Assembly: GCF_009914755.1 (NCBI RefSeq)
Contig: NC_060926.1
Direction: 5' to 3' (one strand)
Origin: the human T2T-CHM13v2.0 reference genome, Homo sapiens
Length of the DNA: 64,000 nucleotides
A program made the position numbers and the translations under genes. Numbering within the stretch: the first letter of the stretch is position 1; each line of letters starts with the position of its first letter. Below are positions 41,461 to 53,420 of the stretch, in pieces. Under the pieces are notes generated by a model that was not told where the DNA came from, made no database searches, and was given only the letters and a program-made list of their open reading frames with translations.

Positions 41461-43057
41461 TACTTGTTTTTGTATATTGGAAATATTTGTTCATTTGTTT
41501 CAAGAAATTTGTAATTGATTGTTTCAACATTAGAAAATCTATTAGTATAATCCAGCATATCAACAGGCTAAAGAAGAAAAATCATATGGTTTTATCAATT
41601 GATACAGAAAAAGCCTTGACCAAATTCCACACCATTCATAATAAAAACTCTCAGCAAAATAGAAATAGAAGAGAACTTCCTCAACTTAATAAGAACATCA
41701 ATACCTACAGCTAAAGTCATACTTAGTAGTGAAAGGCTGAATGATTTCCCCTTAAGATTAGAAGAGTCAAAGACATCTATTCTCACCGCTGTGATTCAAC
41801 ATACTACTGGAAGTTCTAACCATGGGAACAAGGCAAGAAAAGAAATAAAAGGCATACAGATTGAGAAGGAAGAAATAAAACTTTTTATGTGTAGGTAATG
41901 TATTATCTACATAGAAAACCCCAGGAGATCTACAAAAAAAAAAAAACTGGAACTTTTACGAGATTTCAGCAAAGTCACAAAATTAATACACACACTTCAA
42001 TCATATTTTGATAAAGTAACAGTGAGCATGTGGAAGTGAAAATTAAATACCCAATACCACTTACAATTGAGTTTCAAATAAGATGAAATATTTATGCACC
42101 TAAAAAAGTATGTACAGCAGTTTTATGTTGAAAATTACAAAATGCTGAAGATATCAAAGAAGATCTAAATAAATGGAAAGATATGTCCTGTTCACGGATT
42201 GAACGACTTAACATATTAGAGACGTCAGTTCTCCCCAGCTTGATCTATAGGTTTATCAAAATTTCTATAAAAACCCCAGAAAAGTTTTTTACAGACATAG
42301 TTAAGCCTATCTGAAATTTATATGACAAGTCACAGGCTCTAAAAATGTTTAAACAATCTTGAAAAAGAAAAATAAAATGGGAAGAATCATTATACCTAGT
42401 ATTAAGGCTTACTATGTAGCTGCATTCATCAAGATGTATTTGCTCTGGTGGAGAAACAGACACGTAGACCAATGGAACAGTTATAGAAATACACCCACAC
42501 AACATGCTCGACTGATTTTTGACAAAGATGCAAAAGCAATCCAGCGGAGGAAGGATAGCCATCTCAATAAATGGTTGGAGCAATTGGATATCCAAAGGCA
42601 AAATAATAAACCCCAACCTAAACCTCATACCTCATGGACATCTTAACTCAAAATGGAGTGTGGACTTAAATCTAAAACATAAAACTGTAAAACTTCTAGA
42701 AAGAAATGTGGGAAAAATTATGGGGATGTTGGGCTACCAAAGGATTTTTAGTCTTGATTCCAAAAGCATTATCCATAAAAGGAAGGATTAATAGATTGGA
42801 CCTCATCAAAATTAAAAGCTTTCACTCTGTGGGAGACCCTGTTAAGAACATAAAAAGATGAGCTGCAGACTTAGAGAAAGTATCTGCAAATGACATGTCA
42901 GACAAAGGTCTTAGTATCTAGAATATATGAAGAACTCTTAAAACTTAACAGTAGAAAACAAACCATCTAATCAGAAAATAGGCAAAATGTATGCACAGAC
43001 ATTTCACTGAAGAGAATCTACAGATGGCAAAGAAGCACATGAAAAGAGGGTCAACAT

Positions 43058-43579
43058 CGTAAAATTCAACATCCCTTCAGGTTAAAAACTCTCCATAAAC
43101 TAGGTACTGATGGAACATATCTTAAAATAATAAGAGCCATTTATGACAAACCCATAGCCAATATCATACTGAATGGGCAAAAGCCAGAAGCATTCCCTTT
43201 GAAAACCAGCACAAGATAAGGATGCCCTCTCTCACCACTCCTATTCAACATAGTATTGGATTTCTGGCCAGGGCAATCGGGCAAGAGAAAGAAATAAAGG
43301 GTGTTCAAATAGGAAGAGAAGAAGTCAAATTGTCTCTGTTTGCAGATGACATCATTGTATATTTAGAAAACCCCATCGTCTCAGCCCAAAAACTCCTTCA
43401 GCTGATAAGCAACTTTAGCAAAGTCTCAGAATATAAATTGAATGTGCAAAAATCACAAGCATTCCTGTACTCCAACAACAGACAAGCAGAGAGCCAAATC
43501 ATGAATGAACTCCCATTCACAATTGCTATAAAGAGAATAAAATGCCTAGGAATACAGCTTACAAGGGACGTGAAGGACC
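43058..43579 (+). mobile_element. Internal L1PA ORF2 (RT) fragment, no 3' end
   Basis: [37 protein letters not shown]...; far less decayed than the host L1. Confidence 0.85.
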
Positions 43580-44246
43580 TTAACATCACAAACCACATGG
43601 TCCAATCATTCTACTCCTAGATATTTATTCAGGAGGAATGAAAGCCGACGTCCATGCAAAGACTTGTATGCAAATGTGTGTAGCTTTATTTATAACAGCC
43701 CAAACCTGAAAACAACATCAACAGGTGAATGGATAAATAAATTGTGGTATTTAATAAATAGTATACAATAGAATACAGCTCAGCAATAAGAAATGAATGA
43801 AGTATTGATTCATGCTACAACATGGGTGAATCTTAAAATAATTATATAAATGAAGAAAGTCAGGAAAAAAGAGTAATTTCTGTGTGATTCCATTTGTATA
43901 AAATTCTAGAAAACTGAAACTAATGTGTAGTGACAGAAAGCCAATGAGTAGTTCCTGGAGAATTGAGGGAGAGGGCTTGTAGGAGGGTGTGCAGATTTAC
44001 AATGGGGCACAAGGAAATTTGGAGGGTGACGAATATGTTCATTATTTTGACTGTAAGAATGATTTTGCAGGTGGGAATGTCAAACTTTTCAAATGGTACA
44101 TTTTACAGATGTTCAGCTTGTTGTATGTGAATTACACATCAATAAAGCTGGCTAAAAATGGGATAATATAAGAACAACATAAAATTCTTTAGATTCTTCT
44201 TTTCCTGATACAGTTGGCTTTCTGTTAGAAATGTTTGACATTTTCT

Positions 44247-44362
44247 GGCCGTGTGCTGTAGTCCCAGGTACTTGGGAGGCCAAGATGAGAGGATCACTTG
44301 AGCCCAGGAGCTCAAGACCAGCGTGGGCAACATAGTGAGCCTCTTGTCTCTAAAAAGAAAAG
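44247..44362 (+). mobile_element. Alu monomer (FLAM-like)
   Basis: Single arm. Confidence 0.7.
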
Positions 44363-44428
44363 AAACATGTTTGGAATTTGAGCTCTTTTTATCTAGTCTT
44401 ATAGCATATTCACTTCTCATTTTGGCAG

Positions 44429-44559
44429 AATGAAGATGTGACTCTTTTAGTTAAGGAAATGGAACAGGGTCACAGTGATCTGGAGAAGATGCAAGACCTT
44501 TATTCTGAGTCCTTGATCATGGACTGGTGGTACAATGCAGAAAAGGATGGAGACAGCAA
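44429..44559 (+). CDS. VWA3B: VWA3B coding exon (about exon 15), NEDVTLLVKEMEQGHSDLEKMQDLYSESLIMDWWYNAEKDGDS(K)
   Basis: Acceptor ttggcag|AAT, donor AA|gtgagc; 131 nt, phase 0 to 2. Confidence 0.93.
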
Positions 44560-46276
44560 GTGAGCACCTCTGCCCGCCTGTCTCCCTGCGCTGAGGCCTC
44601 TTGAGAGCTGGGCTTGCCCCCTGGGCCCTTGTCCTTTCTGAAATGCTCTGTGAAATTTCTTTTAGTGAAAAGAATCACGTAGTGTGATTAAGTTAGGATT
44701 TTTTTAAGCAAAGAGAATTAACAATTTAATAACAATTTAATTTAATTGTGGGCTTGAGGAGGCCACATATTCCCCTTTATGTTCTCCACGCTGTGTGGAC
44801 GGGCCCCCAGACCCAAGCAATGAGAGGGCGGAGAGGAGCACTGTGTGGGGAAGGAGCTCTGACTCAGGGATCAGGAGGCCGAGGCCTGGACTTCCCTCTA
44901 TGTGACTGTGGCGAGGCCCGAACTTCTCTCCACGCCTCTCCATTGCGTGGGTCTCTGTTTCCTCATCTTTAAAATGGTGGCCGTGGTGGTGGGTTTGGGA
45001 CAGATGACTTCTCCTGTCTGCCCCCATCCTATATTCTTATATGTTTCTAATTTGTGGTTTTTAAACAAAATCAAAACCACCGCCAAACACTCAGGAAATT
45101 GGTCAAATCTTGTTAAAATGATTTAATATTTTCCAGATATTCAAGTATCACAGCCTACCCTGCCAGGAGATGTCTTTTTTATTTCAAAGAATGATAGAAA
45201 ATTGGGGGAAAAAAAGAAAATACATTTATTAATGAGAATTTATTGTTCAACAAAATGCACTGTCTTCCTGTTAGCAAATTAAGCATTTGTATGGGCTTAA
45301 GGTAGGGCATGACTGTGGAATCAGTAAAAAGAGGTAAATGTTATAATGGCCATCTTACAATAAGATTTTATGGCATTATTTTTTAAGTATTTGGGAAAGC
45401 ACAGATACAGCTTCTAAATTTCAAAAATTTGAACAAATAAACTAAGAATCAAGTAAATGAGAAGCCATTTATTGAGTACAAACCATGCAGTAAGAGAATC
45501 GGGGTGCACAGATGAATGTCAGTCTGGTTCCTTCTGCTGTGGGGGGCACAGTGCGGGCACAGACCCACAGAGGGCCATGGAACCCGGGGCAGGTGCTCCA
45601 CGGAGGCGTCGAGGGGCAGTGGTGCAGGAGGGAGGGCACACGTCACAGTGTTGGAGCAGAAATTGCTCTGGAAGTTTTCCTTTGTATGGCTGCTGTCTTC
45701 AGCGCTTCAGAGAAGGTCATATCTGGGAAAACATGCAAGCGTTTCTGGGATCGCTCCATTCTCCAGAATGGTTCCCTGGGATCTGGTGCTGGCATGGGAG
45801 GTCCAAGGCAGGAGTTCCTTTCTCTAGCTTTTATAAGTGCTTGCTGGTAGACACTGGTTAGAGAATGGGTTTCTGCAGTGCTTACTTGTTTATAACCGGC
45901 TTTCACTCCTACGAATCCTCCCATCAGCCCCATGTAGTCACTATATAGGTGTGCAGGTGACGTTTCCTGCAGTTGATGGATGAGGAAAGTGAAGAATTTT
46001 AGAGAGGATTGAGTGACTTGACTGAGGTCACAGAGCCAGGAGGGACCAGACCTGTGAAGTGAGCCGTATCTTCTGACTCCAAGGCTGGGCCCCTCTCCAC
46101 TCTTCTGCATCAGTCAGGGATAAATGACTATTTTTATATTAACCCAGATGGGGGAAGGCTTACTTTTTTAAGTTTGCAGTGTTCAACATGAATGTATTGA
46201 CTTAACTCTGCCTTCTTGATGGAAATTTTCTTTTATCTCTCTTTTTTTGCTCGACTTTTTATCTAAATCAAAACAG

Positions 46277-46434
46277 GCATCAAAAGGAAATCTGTTCTAT
46301 GATTTCAACCCCAGAAAAGTGTGCAAAGCCTCAATCTGATGTCGATTCAACACAAACTTCATCTCTGAATATGTTGAAGGGACCATGGGGCCTTTCAGAT
46401 CAAAAGGTTCAGAAAAAGAAAGTCCTTCACGCAG
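46277..46434 (+). CDS. VWA3B: VWA3B coding exon (about exon 16), HQKEICSMISTPEKCAKPQSDVDSTQTSSLNMLKGPWGLSDQKVQKKKVLHA
   Basis: Acceptor aaacag|G CAT, donor G|gtatca; 158 nt, phase 2 to 1. Confidence 0.92.
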
Positions 46435-46544
46435 GTATCAGTGAACAAAATGGCTTGACTCTTTGCTGGTTTCTCTTCAAGGCAAGAAGATAGAATAAAA
46501 CTAAACCCACATAATATTTTTAAGAAGCACTAAACTTGTGGGTT

Positions 46545-49030
46545 TTTTAAATTAAAATTTTTATTAAAATAATTGTACATTCACATGATCTTATATATAC
46601 CTACGCTTCATCCTGTTTCCCCAATGGTAACATCTTGCAAAATAATAGTCCAATATTAAAACCAGGATATTGATATTGATGCAATCCACAGGTCTTATTC
46701 AAATCGTCCAGTTTTACTTGTACCCGTGTGAGTGTGTGTGTGTATGTGTGTGTGTGTGTCTGACAGTGTGTGTTTAGGTCTACACGGTTTGATCACGTGT
46801 ATAGGTTTGTGTTTCCACCACTACAGTCAAGATACAGAAGAGTCCCATCACCTAGGGAATCCTTCATGCTGCCCTTTTATAACCACACCCACCTCCCTTG
46901 CACACCCTTCCTACAGCTAAAATCAAACTAAAAGGTGAAAGACTGAATTATTTCCCCCTAAAATTGGGGGAAAGGATGCCTACTCTTACCACCCTTATTC
47001 AGCATAGCACGGGAAGTTCTAGCCACTGTAACAAGGCAAGAAGAAAAAATAAAGCCAGAAAGATTGGAAAGGAAGAAATAAAACTGTCCCTATTTGCAGA
47101 TATTGTATTGTCTATGTAGAAAACAGCAAGGGATGTACCAAAAATACAAGTCCTAGAGCTACTGAGTTCAGCAAGGTCTCTGGCTACGGGACGCACAAAA
47201 CCAATTGCATTTTGATATACTAACAGTGAACATACAGCAACCTATATTAAAGTCATTCATAATTGCTCCAAATAAAATAAAATAATTAGGTGAACATGTA
47301 ACGAAGTATGTGCAGAATCTGTTTGCTGAAAATTATAAAATTCTGCTGTAAGACACTAAAGAAGATCTAAATAAATTGAGACACCATGTTCATAGGTTGA
47401 ATGAATTGGTGTGATAGATGACAATTCTCAGCTCATTTATCTATAGGTTTAATGAAATTCCTAATAGAATCCCAAAAATGTTTTTATAAACATATACAAG
47501 CATATTCTAAAATATATGCAGAAACATCAGGTTCTACAATAGCTAAAATAATTTTGAAAAAGAGACTAAAGTTGGAGAAATCACTGTACTGGACATTAAG
47601 GCTTACCACATAACCACATTAATCAAGACGGTGTGGTATTAGCAGAGGGATAGGTGGAATAGGACCTAGATTTAATCCACACAAATATACCCAAATGATT
47701 TGACAAAGGTGCAAAATTAACTCAATGGAGGGAGTATAGCCCTTTCAACAAAGATGCTGAAGCAATATCTACAGTCAAAAAAGGAAAAGAAACTTGACCT
47801 TAACCTCACATGTACCGTGGATTTAAATGTAAAACAGAAAACTATAACACTTCTAGAAAAAAATTAAAGAAAACCTCTATCCAGTTAAGGAAGTTCCACA
47901 CATTTCTAGCTTTCTGAGAGTTTTTATCATGAATGGATGCTGGATTTTATCAAATGCTTTTTCTGTGTCAACTGATATAGGCTTTTTCTTCTTTAGTCTA
48001 TTGAAATGGTGGATGACATCAATTGATTTTCAAATGTGGAAGCAGCCTTGTATATCTTGGAATATTTCCCACTTAGTCTCAGTGTATAATTATTTTAACA
48101 CATTGCTGGATTCCGTTTGCTAGTATTTTGTTGAGGATTTTGGTATCAAAGTTCATGAAAGCTATTGATCTATAGTTTTTTTAATTTTTCTTTTTTAACA
48201 CTGACTTCATCCAGCTTTGGTATCAAGCTAATAGTGTCCTCACCAAGTGGGTTGGAAAATTGTCCCTCCTCTTCTATTCCTGGGAGAAATTCATGTAATT
48301 CTTCTTTGAATGTTTGGTAGAGTTATCATGGAGCCATTTCGGCCTAGGGATTTCTTTTCCAGATTTTTCATGATGAATGCAATTTCTGTAATGGTTTTAA
48401 GGATATTGTCCATTTCAGCTTGGTCGAGTTTTGGCACTTTGTGGTTTTTCAGTAATTGGTCTATTGTTTCTAATTTATCAGATTTATGAGGGCAAAGTTG
48501 TTTATTATATCCCTTTGTTAGCTTTTTAATGGCTGCAAGATCTTTAGCAATGAACTCTTGATATTAGTGCTTTGATCTGTCTTCTCTCTTTTTGCCTTTT
48601 TTCTATCTAGCTAGAGGCTTTCTTGCTTTTCTTTCTATTTGTTCATTTGTTTCCAGAGAATGTATAATTAATTGTTGAAGCACTTTTATGGGTAGCCTCT
48701 TTAAAATCCTTGTCAGATAATTCCAGCTCCTGATTCTTCTTGGTGTTGGCATCATGCATTTGCTTTTTCTGATTGAAGGTGTGATTGTTTTTCTAGTTAC
48801 TGATATGATGGGTGATTTTTGATAGTATCTTGGACATTTTGTCTATTATGTTAGGAACTCTGCATCTCATTTAAGTATTTTATTTTATGAAGTAGTCACC
48901 CTGTTTAAATTTAGCATGTGGGCCTTGACCTACTTTTGTGGGCTGTGGTTCTGATGGCGATTTAATTTTCACAGGCTCTGTGGTATTGTTAATATTTTGG
49001 TGCTTGTTTTTATGGTGTTTCTGGGGCTCC
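46545..49030 (-). mobile_element. Old antisense L1M with an internal inverted segment (about 46910-47878)
   Basis: 3'UTR on the minus strand, then ORF2 on the plus strand (KIGKEEIKLSLFAD), then ORF2 on the minus strand. Confidence 0.75.
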
Positions 49031-50276
49031 TACTGGTCCCTGCTGGTGCTACCTGAGGTGGCAGCAGGGATCCCCTCAGACCAGGATGTTAGATGTCTCT
49101 GAGGGGAGAGTTGCAGCAGCTTCCCCCAGTGTTGTCTCTGAGGTGTCCCCACATTGCTGGCAGGGAGGAGGGCCTTGAACCCACAGGGACCAAGAGGCGT
49201 CCCGGAAAGGGCCGCTAACTGGAGATTGGCCCTCTTGCTCCTGCTATCTCTGTACAAGGGAGCAGCATCGTACATGGGAACAAACAGCCTTCCCACACTG
49301 GCCACTTGTGTGGCTGCATCCCTTTTTCCAGTCCTGCCTGCCTGTTCCAGTGAACCTGAGTTTTGCCAGAGTTGCTACTTGTCTTAAACATTTTAATGGC
49401 CAATTGTCACTGCCACCATTTCACTTAGATTTGGGTTGCTCGGTATTGGGAGACAATCATGTGCTGAGTTTCTATTTTGTTTCCATTGGTGATGTAGAGG
49501 AGTGGTGAAATGCCATGACTGATCCTACAGAGTCCGGGGAGGGGCTAAATGTTTGACTCCACTGCTAGATAAATGTTTCATTCCGTATTTGTGGCCTTTG
49601 GGAATGGTATAGTTTTTATGTTTGGAGACTTGGGGAGCTAAATTTCATTTTCATTTGGCTCACGTAAATCTGATTGTTTTGCCTGGTAATGTTGGTCAAG
49701 GTGGGCTGCCAGTGTGGACACTGGCAGGAGCTCAGCTCTCTGATTTGGATTGTTTATCTCTTTTTCTCACAGACATAGCTTCTAAGGAAATTTAGCTTTC
49801 TTAGTTCCTGGGTACAGAGACAATCAAGGCAGGGCTTACCCTTTTGTTGCCTAGAAAAACAATGATTACCGTATAGCACACTCCTTCTCTATGCATGGAG
49901 ACCACTGGTGTTAATTTTCTGTGTGAAAGCTACCCATTTGCAGATTACTAGCTAATCTTCACTCTAACTATCTAATTTCTTGTAGGAGAGGGTAAGTCCT
50001 CTCAGTGAAAACACAGACACATTTCATTCACGAATGCTGACATAAAGCCTGGGAACTAGGTACTTCTAAAGCCTCCAAATTATGAAGTACAGACTACATT
50101 ACAATTAGTGTGGTTTATGTTATCAAATATAAAAAGTAATCAAGATGACTTGGCACAGGCTCATTGTCCTCTAAAGCACACAGATTCAAGGTCAATATTT
50201 GCTAAGTTGTCATTTGCCTGTAGAAGGGACACATCACAGGGTAGAAAATAACATAAGCAAAGATCTGGACAGCAAT

Positions 50277-50745
50277 TGTGGTGGGCAGAATTTCTAGAAT
50301 GGCTTACCAAAGATGTCCTGCCCTGAACCCTGCAATCTTTGAATATGATGACACGTCACTCTCATGACCAGGTTATGCTGACCTAGACAGGGTTATCTAG
50401 GTGAGTCCAGTGTAACTGTGGGAACTGTGAAAAGCAGGGGCTATTTCCAGCTGGTGGCAGAAGAGAAAGTCAGACAGATTTGAACCACAAGAGGAATTCA
50501 ATGTGCTATTACTGTCTTGAAGATGGAAGAGTCGTGTGAGAAGTAATACAGATGCCTTAAGCAGCTGAGAGAGGCCGCTGGGCTACAGTCAGCAAGGAAA
50601 TGGGGCCTCAGTCCTACAATTGCAAGGAGCTGGGTTCTGCCAGCAGCCTGAATGAGTGTGGAAGCTGACTTCTCTCCAGGAGGGGTCCAGCTGAAATTCA
50701 GATAAAGGGAGCAGGGCATCCTGGCAGCATTCAGTTTGTGGCAGC
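50277..50745 (+). mobile_element. MaLR LTR (MLT1D/E-like)
   Basis: tgtggtgggcagaat...cagcaaggaaatggggcctcagtcctacaattgcaaggagctg...gccagcagcctgaatgag. Confidence 0.75.
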
Positions 50746-50874
50746 ACCATCCTCAGAGGGTTGGGAAACAAAGGTTGCATTCTTACTTTAAGGAGCTGAT
50801 AAAATAGTTATATCTAATGAAGTATCTCCTTCCATCCCCAATTCCTTTAACTCTTCCCTCTGTGATACCAACAG

Positions 50875-50994
50875 AATCAACCAAAACCAGCCTGCTCAGA
50901 AGCCAGATGTCCTCCCTCAGGAGCTCAGCTTGCAGTGAAAGGAAGGATGGCCTCTCCAATGCCAGCAGCCGGAGGACTGCTCTAAGTGACAAAG
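50875..50994 (+). CDS. VWA3B: VWA3B coding exon (about exon 17), (E)STKTSLLRSQMSSLRSSACSERKDGLSNASSRRTALSDK, ending at a GC donor
   Basis: Acceptor caacag|AA TCA, donor AAAG|gcaagc; 120 nt, phase 1-1. Confidence 0.88.
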
Positions 50995-51655
50995 GCAAGC
51001 CAGAAAGCATCTCTGTGGCCAACCAGCCTCCCTTTCCACAGTGTATCTGTTCCAGAAAGAGCTGCGTGTAGATATGTTGGGGAAATCATATTTTAAATGG
51101 GCCCAGATTGCTTCCTATTCAAAGGAATCCCTTGTAAGTCAGGTCTGCCTGCTTTATGACCTGGATTTTCTGAGAGCTGGCCTTGTGCTTATGGTGCCTG
51201 GGTGTTTAATACACACGTGGCTCACATAACTATGGTCATGCTGCTGCCCCTCCATGGTTTGATTTTGAAACTGTCATATTTCATAGTTGATTTTTTTTCT
51301 TCCCTTTCTTCAATGGATGATGCTATCAGATGAGCCACTCTCTGGTCCAAATTGTCAGCCTTTTGGGGACTGCATATGAGGAAAATGTGATTTTTCCACT
51401 CAATTTTTATTACTATTGATAAAATTATTAATCTTAAAGTAATAAGTTTTGAAACGTTTGATGCCTGTAACATTTTTCTTTTATTTCAAATGGTTGATAC
51501 ATTTAAAATCCCAGTTAAACACACACATATACACACAATCCCCTAGGGAGTAGGAAGTGGCTGAGTAGCAAATGTGCCCCTGTGGCTACACAGTCATAGT
51601 TTAATTTAGAACTCTGTTTTCTTCATTGCTGATCTGTCTGATATCTTTTCCTCAC

Positions 51656-52034
<379 letters not shown>

Positions 52035-52616
52035 TAGCTAGTTAACTAGCTCACACCCAAACACGCCTCCTTCTGAATGCTGCTCATTCAACAAATATCC
52101 CTTTTCATTTATAAATACACATTTATATAAGGATATATTTAAAACCCCAAATATTAATTTGAAAATTTGAACTTACAACTAAACAGGACCTAACAGGTTT
52201 TTTGGTTTTCTACAGAAAGCTGAAGAACCACTAAACAATCTATCAGAAATTAAAATGTTGATCAAGGCTCTCATATAATTTGGGGGAGTCCAAAAGGTCA
52301 ATATTGAACAATCATTGGTTAATGGTATTTTTATTGCACACTTTTTAGAGGTGTGTTTTCTGAATGAAAGAATGAATATGTCTCATTGTCTCAAAACAGT
52401 GGTAGTGCCGTATTTACCCATGCATTGGTCTGTAGTGTAAATTGCAAAGGAATCTTGCCTGAGAGCCCGCTCTGACAAATCAGGATATGTTCTCTGAAAT
52501 GTGGTCCATTTATTAGCTCTCAGTCACAGCTGGACTGAGACAAGCGTGATCCCTTTGCATTTTATGTAAAACCCATATGTGAGGAAAATATACAACTGCC
52601 ACTTCCCCTTCCACAG

Positions 52617-52704
52617 AAATGAGCATCTTGCTGGCTGAGGAGTGGCTGGATGACAAATCGTCAGAAAAGGTGACGCGAGAAGGAAGCCAGGTTTATGACC
52701 ACGA
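52617..52704 (+). CDS. VWA3B: VWA3B coding exon (about exon 18), (E)MSILLAEEWLDDKSSEKVTREGSQVYDH(D)
   Basis: Acceptor ttccacag|AA ATG, donor GA|gtgagt; 88 nt, phase 1 to 2. Confidence 0.92.
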
Positions 52705-52800
52705 GTGAGTTCTTTAATTTGACAAAGACAGTTCTGTTATGCTTCTGTTGGTTAACCATCAAGTTGTAAATTTTAAAACACCACCTCCTTGTGTTCTTAG

Positions 52801-52957
52801 TTCTTCAGATGTGTCTTCAGAAAACTGGCTGAAGACCTATGGCTTGGTCGCCAAGAAACTCACCCTCATGGATGCCTTGTCAGTGGCAGCAGTCCCGCAC
52901 AGCTCCACCTATGTTCCCGTCCTGGACAAGCATGTCATGTCTAAGGTCTTTGATGAG
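52801..52957 (+). CDS. VWA3B: VWA3B coding exon (about exon 19), SSDVSSENWLKTYGLVAKKLTLMDALSVAAVPHSSTYVPVLDKHVMSKVFDE
   Basis: Acceptor ttcttag|T TCT, donor GAG|gtaaac; 157 nt, phase 2 to 0. Confidence 0.93.
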
Positions 52958-53122
52958 GTAAACTGATTGTCTATACGTCCCTACTTGAGGCCATTTTCAT
53001 TTTCTGCTCAAATAAAAAGTAGTCCAATTTCTTGTGTGGTTGTAACAGAAATGTATTTTAGCCACTGGGGGAAAAAGTATTTGTAAAGGCAGTAAAAGGG
53101 AGAGAGAGAGGCTTTTAAGAAT

Positions 53123-53420
53123 TTGGGAGCGGTGGCTCATGCCTGTAACCCCAGCACTTGGGAAGGCTGTGGTGGGTGGATCCCTTGAATCCAGGAGTTT
53201 GAGACCAGCCTGGGCAACATCGTGAAACCCTGTTTCTACAAAAAATACAAAAATTAGCCAGGCATGGTGGCATGCACCTGTAGCCCCAGCTACTTGGGCC
53301 ACTGAGGTGGGAGAATCGCTTGAGCCTGAGACATCGAGGCTGCAGTGAGCGGTGATTGCGTCACCGCATTCCAGCCTGGGTGACAAAGCGAGATCTTGTC
53401 TCAAAAACAACGAAAATAAG
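53123..53420 (+). mobile_element. AluJ
   Basis: Alu dimer. Confidence 0.9.
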
